DNA of 64,000 nt from an uncultured Gammaproteobacteria bacterium (GCA_964621305.1 CAZUOM010000001.1:74390-138389), one strand, 5' to 3'. Shown: positions 10,116 to 19,748, numbered from the stretch's first letter. Notes: generated from the sequence alone by a model not told the origin. Numbers and translations: made by a program.

Positions 10116-10119
10116 GGGG

Positions 10120-10644
10120 TTAAAAGGGTATATCGTCGGGGTTGACGTTTTCTGAACCAGGCTCAACTGGTTTATCTTCCACTGGCTTGTCGGTCTTCTT
10201 TCCTTTCTTGACTGCCGGCTGCGCCACAGTCGTTGCGGCTCCCACCACATCTGAGGCCGTCGTAGCTAAATCAGGTGCCGCTCCTTCTGCGCCGACTGCC
10301 TCAGGCCGTCTCGGGTCAAGAAGGATCATGTCATCGATGACGATCTCTGTAGTATAGCGATTGCTCCCGTCTTGAGCTTGCCAGGTGGTTGTCCTGAGAC
10401 GACCTTCGACATATACCTTGCGGCCTTTGGTCAAAAGCTGGCTGCAGAGTTCGGCAAGTTTATTCCAGGCAACCACGCGGTGAAACTCCGTTTCCTCTTT
10501 GCGCTCGCCGGATTCCGTCGTCCATGAACGGTTGGTAGCAAGCCCGATTTGGCAAACCGCCGAGCCGTTTGGAGTATAACGCAGTTCTGGATCTCGCGTT
10601 AAGTTGCCGATGAGTTGCACCCGATTTAAGCTTCTACTTGACAT
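10120..10644 (-). CDS. ssb: single-stranded DNA-binding protein
   Basis: OB-fold SSB with acidic DDIPF tail. Confidence 0.9.
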   Translation of the reverse strand: MSSRSLNRVQLIGNLTRDPELRYTPNGSAVCQIGLATNRSWTTESGERKEETEFHRVVAWNKLAELCSQLLTKGRKVYVEGRLRTTTWQAQDGSNRYTTEIVIDDMILLDPRRPEAVGAEGAAPDLATTASDVVGAATTVAQPAVKKGKKTDKPVEDKPVEPGSENVNPDDIPF

Positions 10645-10650
10645 ATTTCT

Positions 10651-10935
10651 TCAATCTGATTTGATAAGTAAATATCTCAATATTTCCGCCATTTGCACTG
10701 CCCGCTTGGACAAATCCCCCACAATCAACGGACCAGCCGAGAGAGTGGCAAGAAGATACACGGCCTCGGTTTGTTTTTTGATTGTATAGGCAAGCAGTTT
10801 TTTCCCCAGGAGGGTTAAGGAGTCAACTGAGGCAGTCTCTCCGACCAGCTTTTTGACCACTTCTTCCCGCTTTTTTTCGCTCTCGTAATCACCGCTGGTT
10901 GACAACACCAACATGAGCTCATACTTCCGATTCAT
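10651..10935 (-). CDS. rpsF: 30S ribosomal protein S6
   Basis: YELMLVL...LAYTIKK pattern; conserved rpsF-ssb-rpsR order; start at MNRKYEL. Confidence 0.85.
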   Translation of the reverse strand: MNRKYELMLVLSTSGDYESEKKREEVVKKLVGETASVDSLTLLGKKLLAYTIKKQTEAVYLLATLSAGPLIVGDLSKRAVQMAEILRYLLIKSD

Positions 10936-11000
10936 AGATGGGATCATATCACGACTTTTTCTTATACTCAATAAGAAAAATCTAATGAACCTATAGTAGC

Positions 11001-11028
11001 TTGACAACACCACACGTCCAGCTATAAT
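11001..11028 (+). promoter_or_regulatory. consensus sigma70-type promoter TTGACA-16-TATAAT, leaderless
   Basis: TTGACA 11001-06, TATAAT 11023-28; the ATG at 11035 is 7 nt after the -10. Confidence 0.55.
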
Positions 11029-11034
11029 AGCGCA

Positions 11035-11796
11035 ATGTCTCTCGTCAAGGAATACGCTCCCATCTCTCCAAAGACCTTTGACCAAGGCCCACTAGACAAA
11101 TCGAATCATTTGGACGAATGGTTTCCTATGCCTGATATCCGCGAGCCTTCAGAGGCTTATCTAAGAAAGCTGGGTTGCCCTCCCGATCTTTTTGATTTTA
11201 TCAAGTATCTTTCTACGCCGGAGCGCGTCCAGGCATATATAGATTCGAATGTAACATATAATGATGGGTTCGAAATGCAAGGATTTGTTGGGGTAGCAAG
11301 AACGAAAAAAGCACATTGCTTTGAGGGAACGGTATTTGCCTATACCGCGCTCCACGTCTGGGGGTATCAACCGAGAATCGTCATGCTGGTTGCTGACAAC
11401 GATTATGGGGAAGATCATAATATCGTGGTGTTCCGAAGGGGTACGAGGCTCGGAGCTCTTGCGATGTCAAATTGGGAAACACTCAAGTGGCGGCCGCCGG
11501 TGTTCCCGACGCTTCGGGACTTAGTTCTGGGAGGATACTGGCATGCATACACAAGCGAAGAGCCTCAATTTTCCGGCACATGGAACCTAATCGGCTTCTC
11601 AGACCCGATTGATTTAGTAGCCAAATTTGGCGGTTACGACTGGATGTTTAATGAAGGGCCTAGCGCGCTATGGTTGGTATTCCAAAAGTATGCGGATGAT
11701 CTTATATGCACGCACCTTTTTAACGGCAGCCGCTTCCCCTACCCACCGGAGGACCTTTCTGGCAACGCAAACGACCTTACCTACCACGAACGATAA
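11035..11796 (+). CDS. hypothetical protein, possible transglutaminase/papain-like Cys-His-Asp fold
   Basis: candidate catalytic Cys (KKAHCFEG) and His (EDHNIVVF) spaced like TGase-core proteins; weak. Confidence 0.4.
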   Translation: MSLVKEYAPISPKTFDQGPLDKSNHLDEWFPMPDIREPSEAYLRKLGCPPDLFDFIKYLSTPERVQAYIDSNVTYNDGFEMQGFVGVARTKKAHCFEGTVFAYTALHVWGYQPRIVMLVADNDYGEDHNIVVFRRGTRLGALAMSNWETLKWRPPVFPTLRDLVLGGYWHAYTSEEPQFSGTWNLIGFSDPIDLVAKFGGYDWMFNEGPSALWLVFQKYADDLICTHLFNGSRFPYPPEDLSGNANDLTYHER

Positions 11797-11821
11797 TGAA
11801 AATTTATCTTCTACTGTATTT

Positions 11822-12235
11822 ATGGAATTAAAAAAAAGATCGGAACAACTGCCCATTTATCAATATACAGCTACTAGTGAGCTTGTTGAGGTTTTATTAA
11901 AAACAGCCTCCACATTGCCTTCTCCCGATGTAGTTATCACAGATGTAGATGTTATATCTGCTTGCTTCCACGAGAAAGGTTCTGCGGCTGATGTAATAGA
12001 TTTAATGGCGCACAAAAACAAAAATACACTCATAGATAATTTAGAGAACATCAGGATGCTTCAGAATAAAGATGTTTCTGCTGTGGCTGCACTCGTTATA
12101 AATGGTCAAAAAATTTTCATGAGTACATCTGCTTTTGAAGCCATAATGATGGCAGGTCTAACCGCAAAATCTCAAAGCAGGCCAGTCAATACATTAGACC
12201 TAATTTTACAAGATACTAAGAAAAAAAATCGTTAA
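11822..12235 (+). CDS. Clp N-domain-like protein (double Clp_N repeat), probable detached N-domain of the downstream unfoldase
   Basis: two ~60-aa repeats resembling the Clp_N pattern; ends in an A8 run with a 1-nt overlap (TAATG) to the next ORF. Confidence 0.45.
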   Translation: MELKKRSEQLPIYQYTATSELVEVLLKTASTLPSPDVVITDVDVISACFHEKGSAADVIDLMAHKNKNTLIDNLENIRMLQNKDVSAVAALVINGQKIFMSTSAFEAIMMAGLTAKSQSRPVNTLDLILQDTKKKNR

Positions 12236-14136
12236 TGAAGGATGCGTTTGAAACAATCGGTCAGATTCCAAATATTACAGCACTTCTGATAGAGCGATAT
12301 TCGGAGCAAATGAAATATAAAGAAAAAGGTTCAATAAATATTAGGGTTGAGCAACTTACCAGAGATGCAATTGAACCAGTGTCATTACACCACCATAATC
12401 ACCAGTTAGAATCGCCTTCGACCATTTCCTCCCCAGGATATCTTATCGATATATCAAGTCAAGCTCAACAAGACGGATTCGCAGTCAGTGAAAACCCATC
12501 ACGACAATTAATTGAACTATTTGGGGCAATTGAATCACATGCGCTCACTGTACTTGTTACTGACAACCAAAACGACGCAGAACGGATCATTAACGAACTT
12601 GCAGTATCGCTTTTAGATGACAAAGTAAATCTGTTCAATGTTTCCGGCGTATTTCGTATTGACGATGTACGACTTGCCTCAAATCCAAATCTGGTGATTG
12701 TTAATGCGCTTAAACAAGCAAAAGGAGGGATTCTTTATCTCCCTCAACTAGACCAATATTTGGGACAGATCGAAAGCGCTCTTCCTGCTTTAATCCGGAG
12801 CTCCCTTGCTGCAAGAGATATACGAATTATTACAAGTTTCAGTAGTAAACAATGGCAAAAACTAAGTGAAACGCGGGATTTTATAAGCGCATATTCGATT
12901 GTACTTGATCCTGCATCGTTAACTGAATCAATTGTTGCATTAAGGGCGAATCGCTCAAAGCTAGAAACTCAATTTAAAACAAAAACTACCACAATCAAAA
13001 TTACCGATGACGCTATAGACGCAGCAGCCAAATTAAGTGCACGCTATATGCCAGGTGGAGAAATTCCACTTATCCGTCAGGCGGCAACACTTACAAAAAT
13101 TAGCATGTCCACGATGAAAAATCTAGCTGATCCGAGAGTAAAGCCTGACGGAATAGTAGATGAAAAAGACGTTGTATTGGCACTTTTTTATCTTAAAGGA
13201 ATTGTAGTACAACCTGAAAATCCCGAAAAATATATTCACATGGAAGATACACTTCGGAAACTAGTTGTTGGTCAAGATGAGGCGATTGAAGCGGTGTCCA
13301 AAGGCGTTCGTCGAGCAATGGTAGGACTAAAAAATCCGAGAAAGCCGATTGGTTCGTTTATCTTTTTAGGACCAACGGGTGTGGGAAAAACAGAACTGGG
13401 GCGAGCATTAGCATCATTCTTATTCGACGATCCAGAGGCAATGCTTAGGTTAAATATGAGCGAATATCATGATAAACATACCGTCGCCAGGCTAGTAGGT
13501 GCGCCACCCGGGTATGTGGGTTATGAAGAAGGAGGCCAGTTGACTGAATACTTAAGAAGGAGGCCATATGCTGTCGTCATGGCAGATGAAATGGAAAAAG
13601 CCCACAGCGAAGTCCTCAACACATGGCTGCAGATTCTAGACGACGGTCGGATTACTGACGGCAAAGGCAAAGTTACAAACTGTCGAAATACCGTGCACAT
13701 ATTTACATCTAATGTAGGAACCGCGTACTACCGGCAAGAATCACAGATTGGAAGGAAAAAAGTTATTGAACTGGTCAAACGTGAACTAACAGATACGTTC
13801 AGGCCTGAATTTTTGAATCGCTTTGATGAAATCATTGTCTTTCAAAGCCTCTCCATGGACAATGTAAAAAAAATCGTGGATCTTAGGATGCACGACTTTA
13901 ATCTAAGACTTGCGGAAGAAAGCAAGATAGTCGTCCAGTTGACCAATGAAGCAAAAATCCTCGTTTCTGAGCTTGGATACAAACCGGAATTTGGAGCCCG
14001 AGAAGTGGAGCGAGTAATCAATAGGAATATTGGAGACGCTCTCACGGTTGCTTTGCTCCGTGGAGAATATAAACCAGGCGATACTATTGAAGTTTCAGCC
14101 GAAAATAGACAATTTGTTTTTGCTAAAAAACAATAA
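12235..14136 (+). CDS. ClpA/ClpB/ClpC-family AAA+ protein with degenerate D1 ring and intact D2 ring
   Basis: D2 Walker A (GPTGVGKTE), Walker B (VVMADEMEKAH) and sensor regions are conserved; the D1-equivalent region aligns but lacks Walker A/B; IGR where ClpA has the IGL ClpP-docking loop. Confidence 0.8.
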   Translation: MKDAFETIGQIPNITALLIERYSEQMKYKEKGSINIRVEQLTRDAIEPVSLHHHNHQLESPSTISSPGYLIDISSQAQQDGFAVSENPSRQLIELFGAIESHALTVLVTDNQNDAERIINELAVSLLDDKVNLFNVSGVFRIDDVRLASNPNLVIVNALKQAKGGILYLPQLDQYLGQIESALPALIRSSLAARDIRIITSFSSKQWQKLSETRDFISAYSIVLDPASLTESIVALRANRSKLETQFKTKTTTIKITDDAIDAAAKLSARYMPGGEIPLIRQAATLTKISMSTMKNLADPRVKPDGIVDEKDVVLALFYLKGIVVQPENPEKYIHMEDTLRKLVVGQDEAIEAVSKGVRRAMVGLKNPRKPIGSFIFLGPTGVGKTELGRALASFLFDDPEAMLRLNMSEYHDKHTVARLVGAPPGYVGYEEGGQLTEYLRRRPYAVVMADEMEKAHSEVLNTWLQILDDGRITDGKGKVTNCRNTVHIFTSNVGTAYYRQESQIGRKKVIELVKRELTDTFRPEFLNRFDEIIVFQSLSMDNVKKIVDLRMHDFNLRLAEESKIVVQLTNEAKILVSELGYKPEFGAREVERVINRNIGDALTVALLRGEYKPGDTIEVSAENRQFVFAKKQ

Positions 14137-14145
14137 CCCATAATA

Positions 14146-14173
14146 TTGTATTTTTGAACAAATTTGATACAAT
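14146..14173 (+). promoter_or_regulatory. candidate promoter TTGTAT-16-TGaTACAAT
   Basis: extended -10; SD-like AAAGGAGGG at 14236-44 downstream. Confidence 0.45.
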
Positions 14174-14190
14174 AGCATTGGCGTATATAA

Positions 14191-15723
14191 TTGCACTTTG
14201 ATAGTAGTAGCTGTTCCAAAGCAGCACGGAAAACGAAAGGAGGGTCACGTGGTTCCCACATCTGGGATTACCTCAGCTACGACCGCGAGGGTTTTTTGTG
14301 GCTTGATGGAGTTCGCTTCTATGACTTGATCCAGTTTGGGACGCCACTTGAAGTCGTGGACACACGAATAGTAAAACGCCGCGCTAACGAATGGGTTAAT
14401 TTAACTCGTCGAATTGCCAGCGAAGTAGGCTTTAACGGCGGCCTGAGGTACCATTACGCATCCAAAGCAAACATGACTCTCGAGGTAGCAACAGCTGCGT
14501 ATTCTGCAGGGTGGCTGCAGGAAACTACGTCTTTGCAGGATCTTGTTAATATTGAATACCTGGTAAAGCAAGGAGTACTGAAAAAAGAGGCAGTGGATAT
14601 CATTTGCAATGGATTCTTCCTTCCCTCTCAAAATTTTGGCGCACCGCAAGTTGTCAAAAATCTCCAGTCGCAAGACATTGAGTTTAAAGCAGGAAGTACA
14701 ATACAAGCCGCTGGAGAAATAGATTATCTTGCCAAAATTGAATCAATGCGCGACCAGGGGTATCGGATTTCCCCAATAATTTACGATTTAGATGAACTCC
14801 ACCATCTTCTCGTAAAAAAGGGTGCGTTTGATATCGGTCTTCGCCTCAAGTTTGGCAAAGTAAACAACGATAGGGACCTTGCTCGGCTTCCTTCCCGATT
14901 TGGCATGCCCTGGACAGTAATACAAACTGCTGCCGATATCGCAGACAGAAGTGATAATCAATTACGCTTTACAAGATTACATGCTATGGTGGGAGCAGCA
15001 GAAAATATTCCGATAGACACGTTTGATCAATCGCTACAGTTTGCATCTGAAAAATATTATGCCCTCAGTGCTAAACACCCTAAACTTCGATATCTCAATA
15101 TCGGAGGTGGTATACCTCCAAGATCTGAGTCTTATCAACACGAACAACTCATGAGACGGTTTTTACGTGGTGTCAAAGAGAAAGCACGCCAACACAAGCT
15201 TCCCGAGCCTATTATCGAATTTGAGTTGGGAAGTTTCCTTGCGGCTGAATCTGGGTTTGACGTATTGAAAATCGTCGACTATAAACAAAATCATGTCGAT
15301 GAATCCGGCCGCCCGGTCACGTGGGCAATTGCCGACACGAGCCTGGTAGCTACCATTCCGGACGTCTGGTTTATCGGCAAACGATTCAAAATATTAGCTG
15401 TAAACGCTGCAAATCGGCCATGTAAACCGGTACTACTGGGAGATATTACGTGTGATAGCGGCAGCGTATACCCCGACATGGTCATGATACCGGACACTAC
15501 AGATCCGGTATATTTAGTCATTTTAGAAACCGGCGCGTACCAGAATGCACTCACCGGCGAAGGCGGCGCGCAGCACTGCGGTCTATACGGTAATGCAAAG
15601 TGGAAAATTTTTGGAGAAGGAAGTAAAAAAGTCGCCGTATTAACTGGAAGACAAACGCCAAATGATCTCAGTCACATCCTCGGCTATACCGATAGTCGGC
15701 TACAAAATGTATCACGAACATGA
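14191..15723 (+). CDS. PLP-dependent decarboxylase, Orn/DAP/Arg decarboxylase fold-type III family (arginine/ornithine decarboxylase-like)
   Basis: YASKAN Lys-PLP motif, NIGGGIP and CDSG motifs; true start uncertain (the promoter suggests translation begins downstream of 14191). Confidence 0.75.
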   Translation: MHFDSSSCSKAARKTKGGSRGSHIWDYLSYDREGFLWLDGVRFYDLIQFGTPLEVVDTRIVKRRANEWVNLTRRIASEVGFNGGLRYHYASKANMTLEVATAAYSAGWLQETTSLQDLVNIEYLVKQGVLKKEAVDIICNGFFLPSQNFGAPQVVKNLQSQDIEFKAGSTIQAAGEIDYLAKIESMRDQGYRISPIIYDLDELHHLLVKKGAFDIGLRLKFGKVNNDRDLARLPSRFGMPWTVIQTAADIADRSDNQLRFTRLHAMVGAAENIPIDTFDQSLQFASEKYYALSAKHPKLRYLNIGGGIPPRSESYQHEQLMRRFLRGVKEKARQHKLPEPIIEFELGSFLAAESGFDVLKIVDYKQNHVDESGRPVTWAIADTSLVATIPDVWFIGKRFKILAVNAANRPCKPVLLGDITCDSGSVYPDMVMIPDTTDPVYLVILETGAYQNALTGEGGAQHCGLYGNAKWKIFGEGSKKVAVLTGRQTPNDLSHILGYTDSRLQNVSRT

Positions 15724-16775
15724 CTCCCGAAATCCCCGTTTATTTCAGCAACACCACATTCAAACATACTCCACAGGTCGAAGTTCATCTCGGAGACGAA
15801 GTCATGCACGCAGATCAGGTCGAGCGAGCCGAAAGCATATTGCTTGCATTAAAAAAGTACGGGTTTGATTGCCTGGAAGTTACGGGAAAGCCGGATCTGA
15901 CGGCTATCCAAAAGGTGCACGGCGGGGAGTATCTTGCGTTCCTCTCCGATGCTTCAAAAACAATACGGGGACGTCCTTCGCTTGATTCTGATTGTGACGG
16001 CGCAGTGCCGGCTATATACCCTTCTACATTCCCCTATACCAACAATCAAAAGCCCCGGCATATAGAAGGAACGATCGGCCGCTTTGCCTACGATACCTAT
16101 ACCCCGATTATGGCATCCACATTTGAGGCTGCACAATCATCCGTACAAAGCGCTATTGCTGCATCCCAACACGTTTTGACCGATCGGGGCGTCGTCTACG
16201 CCCTGACCCGACCACCCGGCCACCACGCGATGCGAGAGAAAATGGGTGGCTATTGCTACATGAATAACGCCGCGATCGCCGCGGAATATCTCATCGGCCA
16301 AGGGGTACGCCGCGTTACGATCTTTGATCCGGATCTCCATCATGGCAACGGCATCCAGGAGTATGCGTGGGAACGGCCAGACGTCCAGTATGTCTCAATT
16401 CACGCTGATCCATCGTTTTGCTACCCGTTTTACTCCGGGTACGAAGATGAAATAGGAGAAGGTCCTGGCAAGGGAACCATTGTCAACTATCCCCTTGGCC
16501 ATGGCACCGGGGAGAAAGCGTACCACAGGGTGGCACAACAAGCCATCGGAACAATCGTATCCTTTGATCCTGAGGTTCTTATCGTTGCAATGGGCTTTGA
16601 TACTCATAAAGATGATCCGTTCAGGACGTTTCGGCTCTCAACCAGCTATTACCAGACACTGGCTAACGATCTTGCCGATCTTGGGCTCCCGACAATCATC
16701 CTTCAGGAAGGCGGCTACAACATCAAAACCCTGGGCGCCAACGTTGTCTCCTTCCTCCGTGGATTTACCCTATAG
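15720..16775 (+). CDS. histone-deacetylase-family amidohydrolase (acetylpolyamine amidohydrolase/AcuC-like)
   Basis: RPPGHHA and DxDxHHGNG motifs; 4-nt overlap with the decarboxylase gene. Confidence 0.8.
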   Translation: MTPEIPVYFSNTTFKHTPQVEVHLGDEVMHADQVERAESILLALKKYGFDCLEVTGKPDLTAIQKVHGGEYLAFLSDASKTIRGRPSLDSDCDGAVPAIYPSTFPYTNNQKPRHIEGTIGRFAYDTYTPIMASTFEAAQSSVQSAIAASQHVLTDRGVVYALTRPPGHHAMREKMGGYCYMNNAAIAAEYLIGQGVRRVTIFDPDLHHGNGIQEYAWERPDVQYVSIHADPSFCYPFYSGYEDEIGEGPGKGTIVNYPLGHGTGEKAYHRVAQQAIGTIVSFDPEVLIVAMGFDTHKDDPFRTFRLSTSYYQTLANDLADLGLPTIILQEGGYNIKTLGANVVSFLRGFTL

Positions 16776-16776
16776 T

Positions 16777-16804
16777 TTGACTTTTTTTAAGAAACTGCTA
16801 TACT
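16777..16804 (+). promoter_or_regulatory. strong promoter TTGACT-16-TATACT
   Basis: near-consensus hexamers with 16-nt spacer; ~235 nt upstream of the likely start at 17041. Confidence 0.5.
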
Positions 16805-17040
16805 AGTACTCTTGTCTCTTTGAGGGAAAGGGCATTTTTGCGCCCGTATTTTTGTCGTCCCGAGAGAGATACGTTTCGCACATTAACAAAAGATATTCAG
16901 TGTCCTCCTTTGGTCTATGGCTGCCATTGAGACTATGGATCTATCGTGGTCTGAATGACAGCCATAAAAACCAATATGGAGGTGAAGAATCAAAAATACC
17001 GTCATGTAATCACAAATCAATTCCGCAACAGGAGGTCAGA

Positions 17041-18465
17041 TTGGATATCTTTATCTGGACGGTACTCATGTGTATCGGAGTTGGCGTCGCCGTGAAGTTG
17101 CTTTGCGACGCAATTCAAAGTGCAGCCGAAATCACTTGGGGCGAATTACTTCTTGGTTCCCTCGTCGTAATCCCGATCCTCGCTTCGATTACAACACTGA
17201 TTGGCTGGAATATGGCAGTAAACCAAAAAACCAGCTTCAATGAGTATTGGGGCGGATGGGAATTGACCGCAGTATGGGATAAGGTCAGATGCGTACGAGA
17301 TGGGTCATGCGTCCAGTCTTATAAGTGCGATTCATACTCATGTAACCCACACAAATGTAACTGCGACAGCAATGGTAAGAACTGCAGTACATGCTACGAT
17401 ACCTGTTACCGTGATTGCCCGTATTGCACGGAAGAATGGAATTTCAGTATCAAAACCACAATCGGAGATTTCGTGATCCGGAAAGGAGGATTTCCAGATA
17501 ATCCCGTGCCATGGCGCGGTAGTTCGATTCCAACGCACGTGCTTCAGCAAGCAGGGGTTGGAATTCCCAAATTTTGGGCTGATGCAAAGGCACGCATTGA
17601 CGCGGGAAAACCTGGTCCAGCGACTAAAATCAACGTATACGAAAATCTCATCATTGCAAACGATGATACTATCCTGAAACAGTTCTCGAAGGATATCGAG
17701 TTTTACCAGTCGTCGAAACACCTGCCTTCACCCGCAAAAGGCATTTACGATTTTTACTATGCGGACAAGGTAATGTTCGTCGGCTACAATCCGGCGAATG
17801 CTAAACTGTGGCAGGACACACTGGCATATCTCAATGCTGACTTTGGCGACGCGCTTCAGGGAACTATGGAAGTGGTCGTCGTCCAAAGCCCCAGCGTTTC
17901 CCAAAATCCAGACCGCTACTCCCTCGCGTTGCGCGCGTATTGGCTTGATCGGAAATCCCATAAAATGGACACGATCGCCAAAAACGCGTTTGTGGTTATC
18001 ATCGGCACAGATGACGGAAAGTCTGTTTCGTGGGCACGTGCGTTTTCAGGAATGCCGGTAGGGAATGAGTTGCTACTGGCAAAAATCGCAAACGATCTGC
18101 CGGGAACGAGTTTGACTCCTGAAGCGCTATTCGGGTCAAGTACTGGCGAGTTCTACATTAAAGAAAAATCCGACGGGTCAAAAAAGCTTGCGGTTCGCGG
18201 TTTGCACAGTGGCGGAAAAATAGCGGATTTGGTGTTCGGGCTATCCGATCAAAGCACCAAGTTTGTCCGAGTTTCGATGAACGCACGGGATGCAACCGAT
18301 GTGGGCACTGGGTTTAGTTATCTGAAGGGTGAAATTACCCCCGATGACGACCAAAAACCTGGAATCATCATCATCGGCGCATTCCTCGGTTCATGTATTA
18401 CATGGGTTGTGTTTGCAGTGGCAATCGGTACTCGAAAAGGGTACTACACATCATTTTACCGTTAA
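17041..18465 (+). CDS. cysteine-rich membrane protein (N- and C-terminal TM segments, extracytoplasmic Cys-rich module)
   Basis: AGGAGG-5nt-TTG start at 17041 (ORF track starts at 16852 with a TTG); CxxC-rich segment CVQSYKCDSYSCNPHKCNCDSNGKNCSTCYDTCYRDCPYC. Confidence 0.5.
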   Translation: MDIFIWTVLMCIGVGVAVKLLCDAIQSAAEITWGELLLGSLVVIPILASITTLIGWNMAVNQKTSFNEYWGGWELTAVWDKVRCVRDGSCVQSYKCDSYSCNPHKCNCDSNGKNCSTCYDTCYRDCPYCTEEWNFSIKTTIGDFVIRKGGFPDNPVPWRGSSIPTHVLQQAGVGIPKFWADAKARIDAGKPGPATKINVYENLIIANDDTILKQFSKDIEFYQSSKHLPSPAKGIYDFYYADKVMFVGYNPANAKLWQDTLAYLNADFGDALQGTMEVVVVQSPSVSQNPDRYSLALRAYWLDRKSHKMDTIAKNAFVVIIGTDDGKSVSWARAFSGMPVGNELLLAKIANDLPGTSLTPEALFGSSTGEFYIKEKSDGSKKLAVRGLHSGGKIADLVFGLSDQSTKFVRVSMNARDATDVGTGFSYLKGEITPDDDQKPGIIIIGAFLGSCITWVVFAVAIGTRKGYYTSFYR

Positions 18466-18498
18466 TTACCGTTAAATCGGTAAACAAGGAGAATCCGA

Positions 18499-19161
18499 AT
18501 GAGTAAAACACTGATCGTCCTCATCGTTGTGGCAGCGGTGATTGGGGTGCTTGGATGCACGATCGCCTCAGTGTTCGTTGGCGTATACAATGATGGCGTC
18601 CGTCAGGAACGAACACTCAATGCGCAGTACCTGTCAAATCAGAACGATCTGAGTGCGTTCATCAACGGTTACTATGAACAATGGGGAGTTCAGGACGCGA
18701 CAGTCCGCGATCAACTCCAGCCATTTGTACTTGACGCCGTAAAGGGTCGCTACGACAATACGGATGCCGCTGGTAATCCTACCGGAACAATCAATGCCCA
18801 AATTTTCATCAAAGCAATCGCGGAAGCATATCCTGACACCAAGGGTATCACGGATATGGCGCAGAAACTGATTGTTTGGATTCAGGGTCGCCGCCAGGCA
18901 TTTCAAAACAACCAAGACAAACTCTTGGATATGTTGCGCCGGTACGATACTTGGCTCAGTGAGATGCCACGCGCGTTCTTTCTGAATCTCATGGGTTTCC
19001 CTTCCGGCAATCTGGAAGCGCGTTTGGGCGGCAATGTATACCGTGGTGATCAAGCGCGTGAGCAGATGTACAAGATCGTTTTGTCTGGCGACGCAACGAA
19101 GGCGTTTCAAACTGGCACACAAGGACCATTGGTTCCTCCGACACGCGTACCCAGCAAATAG
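18499..19161 (+). CDS. hypothetical membrane-anchored protein
   Basis: N-terminal TM helix; RBS AAGGAG before the ATG; no family assigned. Confidence 0.5.
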   Translation: MSKTLIVLIVVAAVIGVLGCTIASVFVGVYNDGVRQERTLNAQYLSNQNDLSAFINGYYEQWGVQDATVRDQLQPFVLDAVKGRYDNTDAAGNPTGTINAQIFIKAIAEAYPDTKGITDMAQKLIVWIQGRRQAFQNNQDKLLDMLRRYDTWLSEMPRAFFLNLMGFPSGNLEARLGGNVYRGDQAREQMYKIVLSGDATKAFQTGTQGPLVPPTRVPSK

Positions 19162-19198
19162 CATCAACTGAATATCTTTCGGTTTTCTGAACACCCGT

Positions 19199-19258
19199 GT
19201 ACGGGTCACAAAGTTTGTTTTCTTGTGACCCGTACCGGCATTATTGAGCTTTTTTGTT
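19199..19258 (+). terminator. hairpin (13-bp stem GTACGGGTCACAA/TTGTGACCCGTAC) followed at a distance by a T-run
   Basis: perfect inverted repeat after the stop at 19161; the U-tract is not immediately adjacent. Confidence 0.35.
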
Positions 19259-19413
19259 CTATATCAAGAAAGCTGAACAATGCTGTTGTAATCAACATTG
19301 CCCTTTGACATAAATAGCGTCACAAATCCAATTCCATCACCGTGGAGGTGTTATGATCTTTTAAGTGGTCTGTACTTGAAGGTATGACACAGTTCCCGAA
19401 AAAAGGAGACGAA

Positions 19414-19659
19414 ATGGACCCAAAAAAAGCGGTGACCAAAACAGTTCTGATCCTCATCGAGGGGATCGTTCTGATCAGTGGAGTGCTCATGATGTTCGGA
19501 GCAACATCATCCAACGTTGGTGCCGTTCTTGTGTTCGGTGGTGCCGCGGCAATCTTTTGGACATGGAACTTCATCGATGTCGAAAAGACAACCGCACTCG
19601 AGAAATTGTATGACGCACGCGCCGAGGCAGGAGAAGGAGGCGGCGCCCGGCCGTATTGA
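19414..19659 (+). CDS. small membrane protein (2 TM)
   Basis: AAAGGAG-6nt-ATG at 19414 within ORF 19384..19659. Confidence 0.45.
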   Translation: MDPKKAVTKTVLILIEGIVLISGVLMMFGATSSNVGAVLVFGGAAAIFWTWNFIDVEKTTALEKLYDARAEAGEGGGARPY

Positions 19660-19748
19660 ACGTATGATCAACCCCTCGCCTATTCAGGTATGTGTTGTTT
19701 CGTAAGAAGCACAACTGAGTCGGCGAGGTTTTTTTTGGGGGAGGGACT

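Noticed and set aside
16852-17040. Upstream part of ORF 16852..18465, and ORF 11627..11821 upstream of the Clp_N ORF
   Set aside because: Both begin at non-ATG starts in the track and lack an RBS. A strong SD plus TTG at 17041, and an ATG at 11822 clear of the upstream gene, give cleaner gene models.
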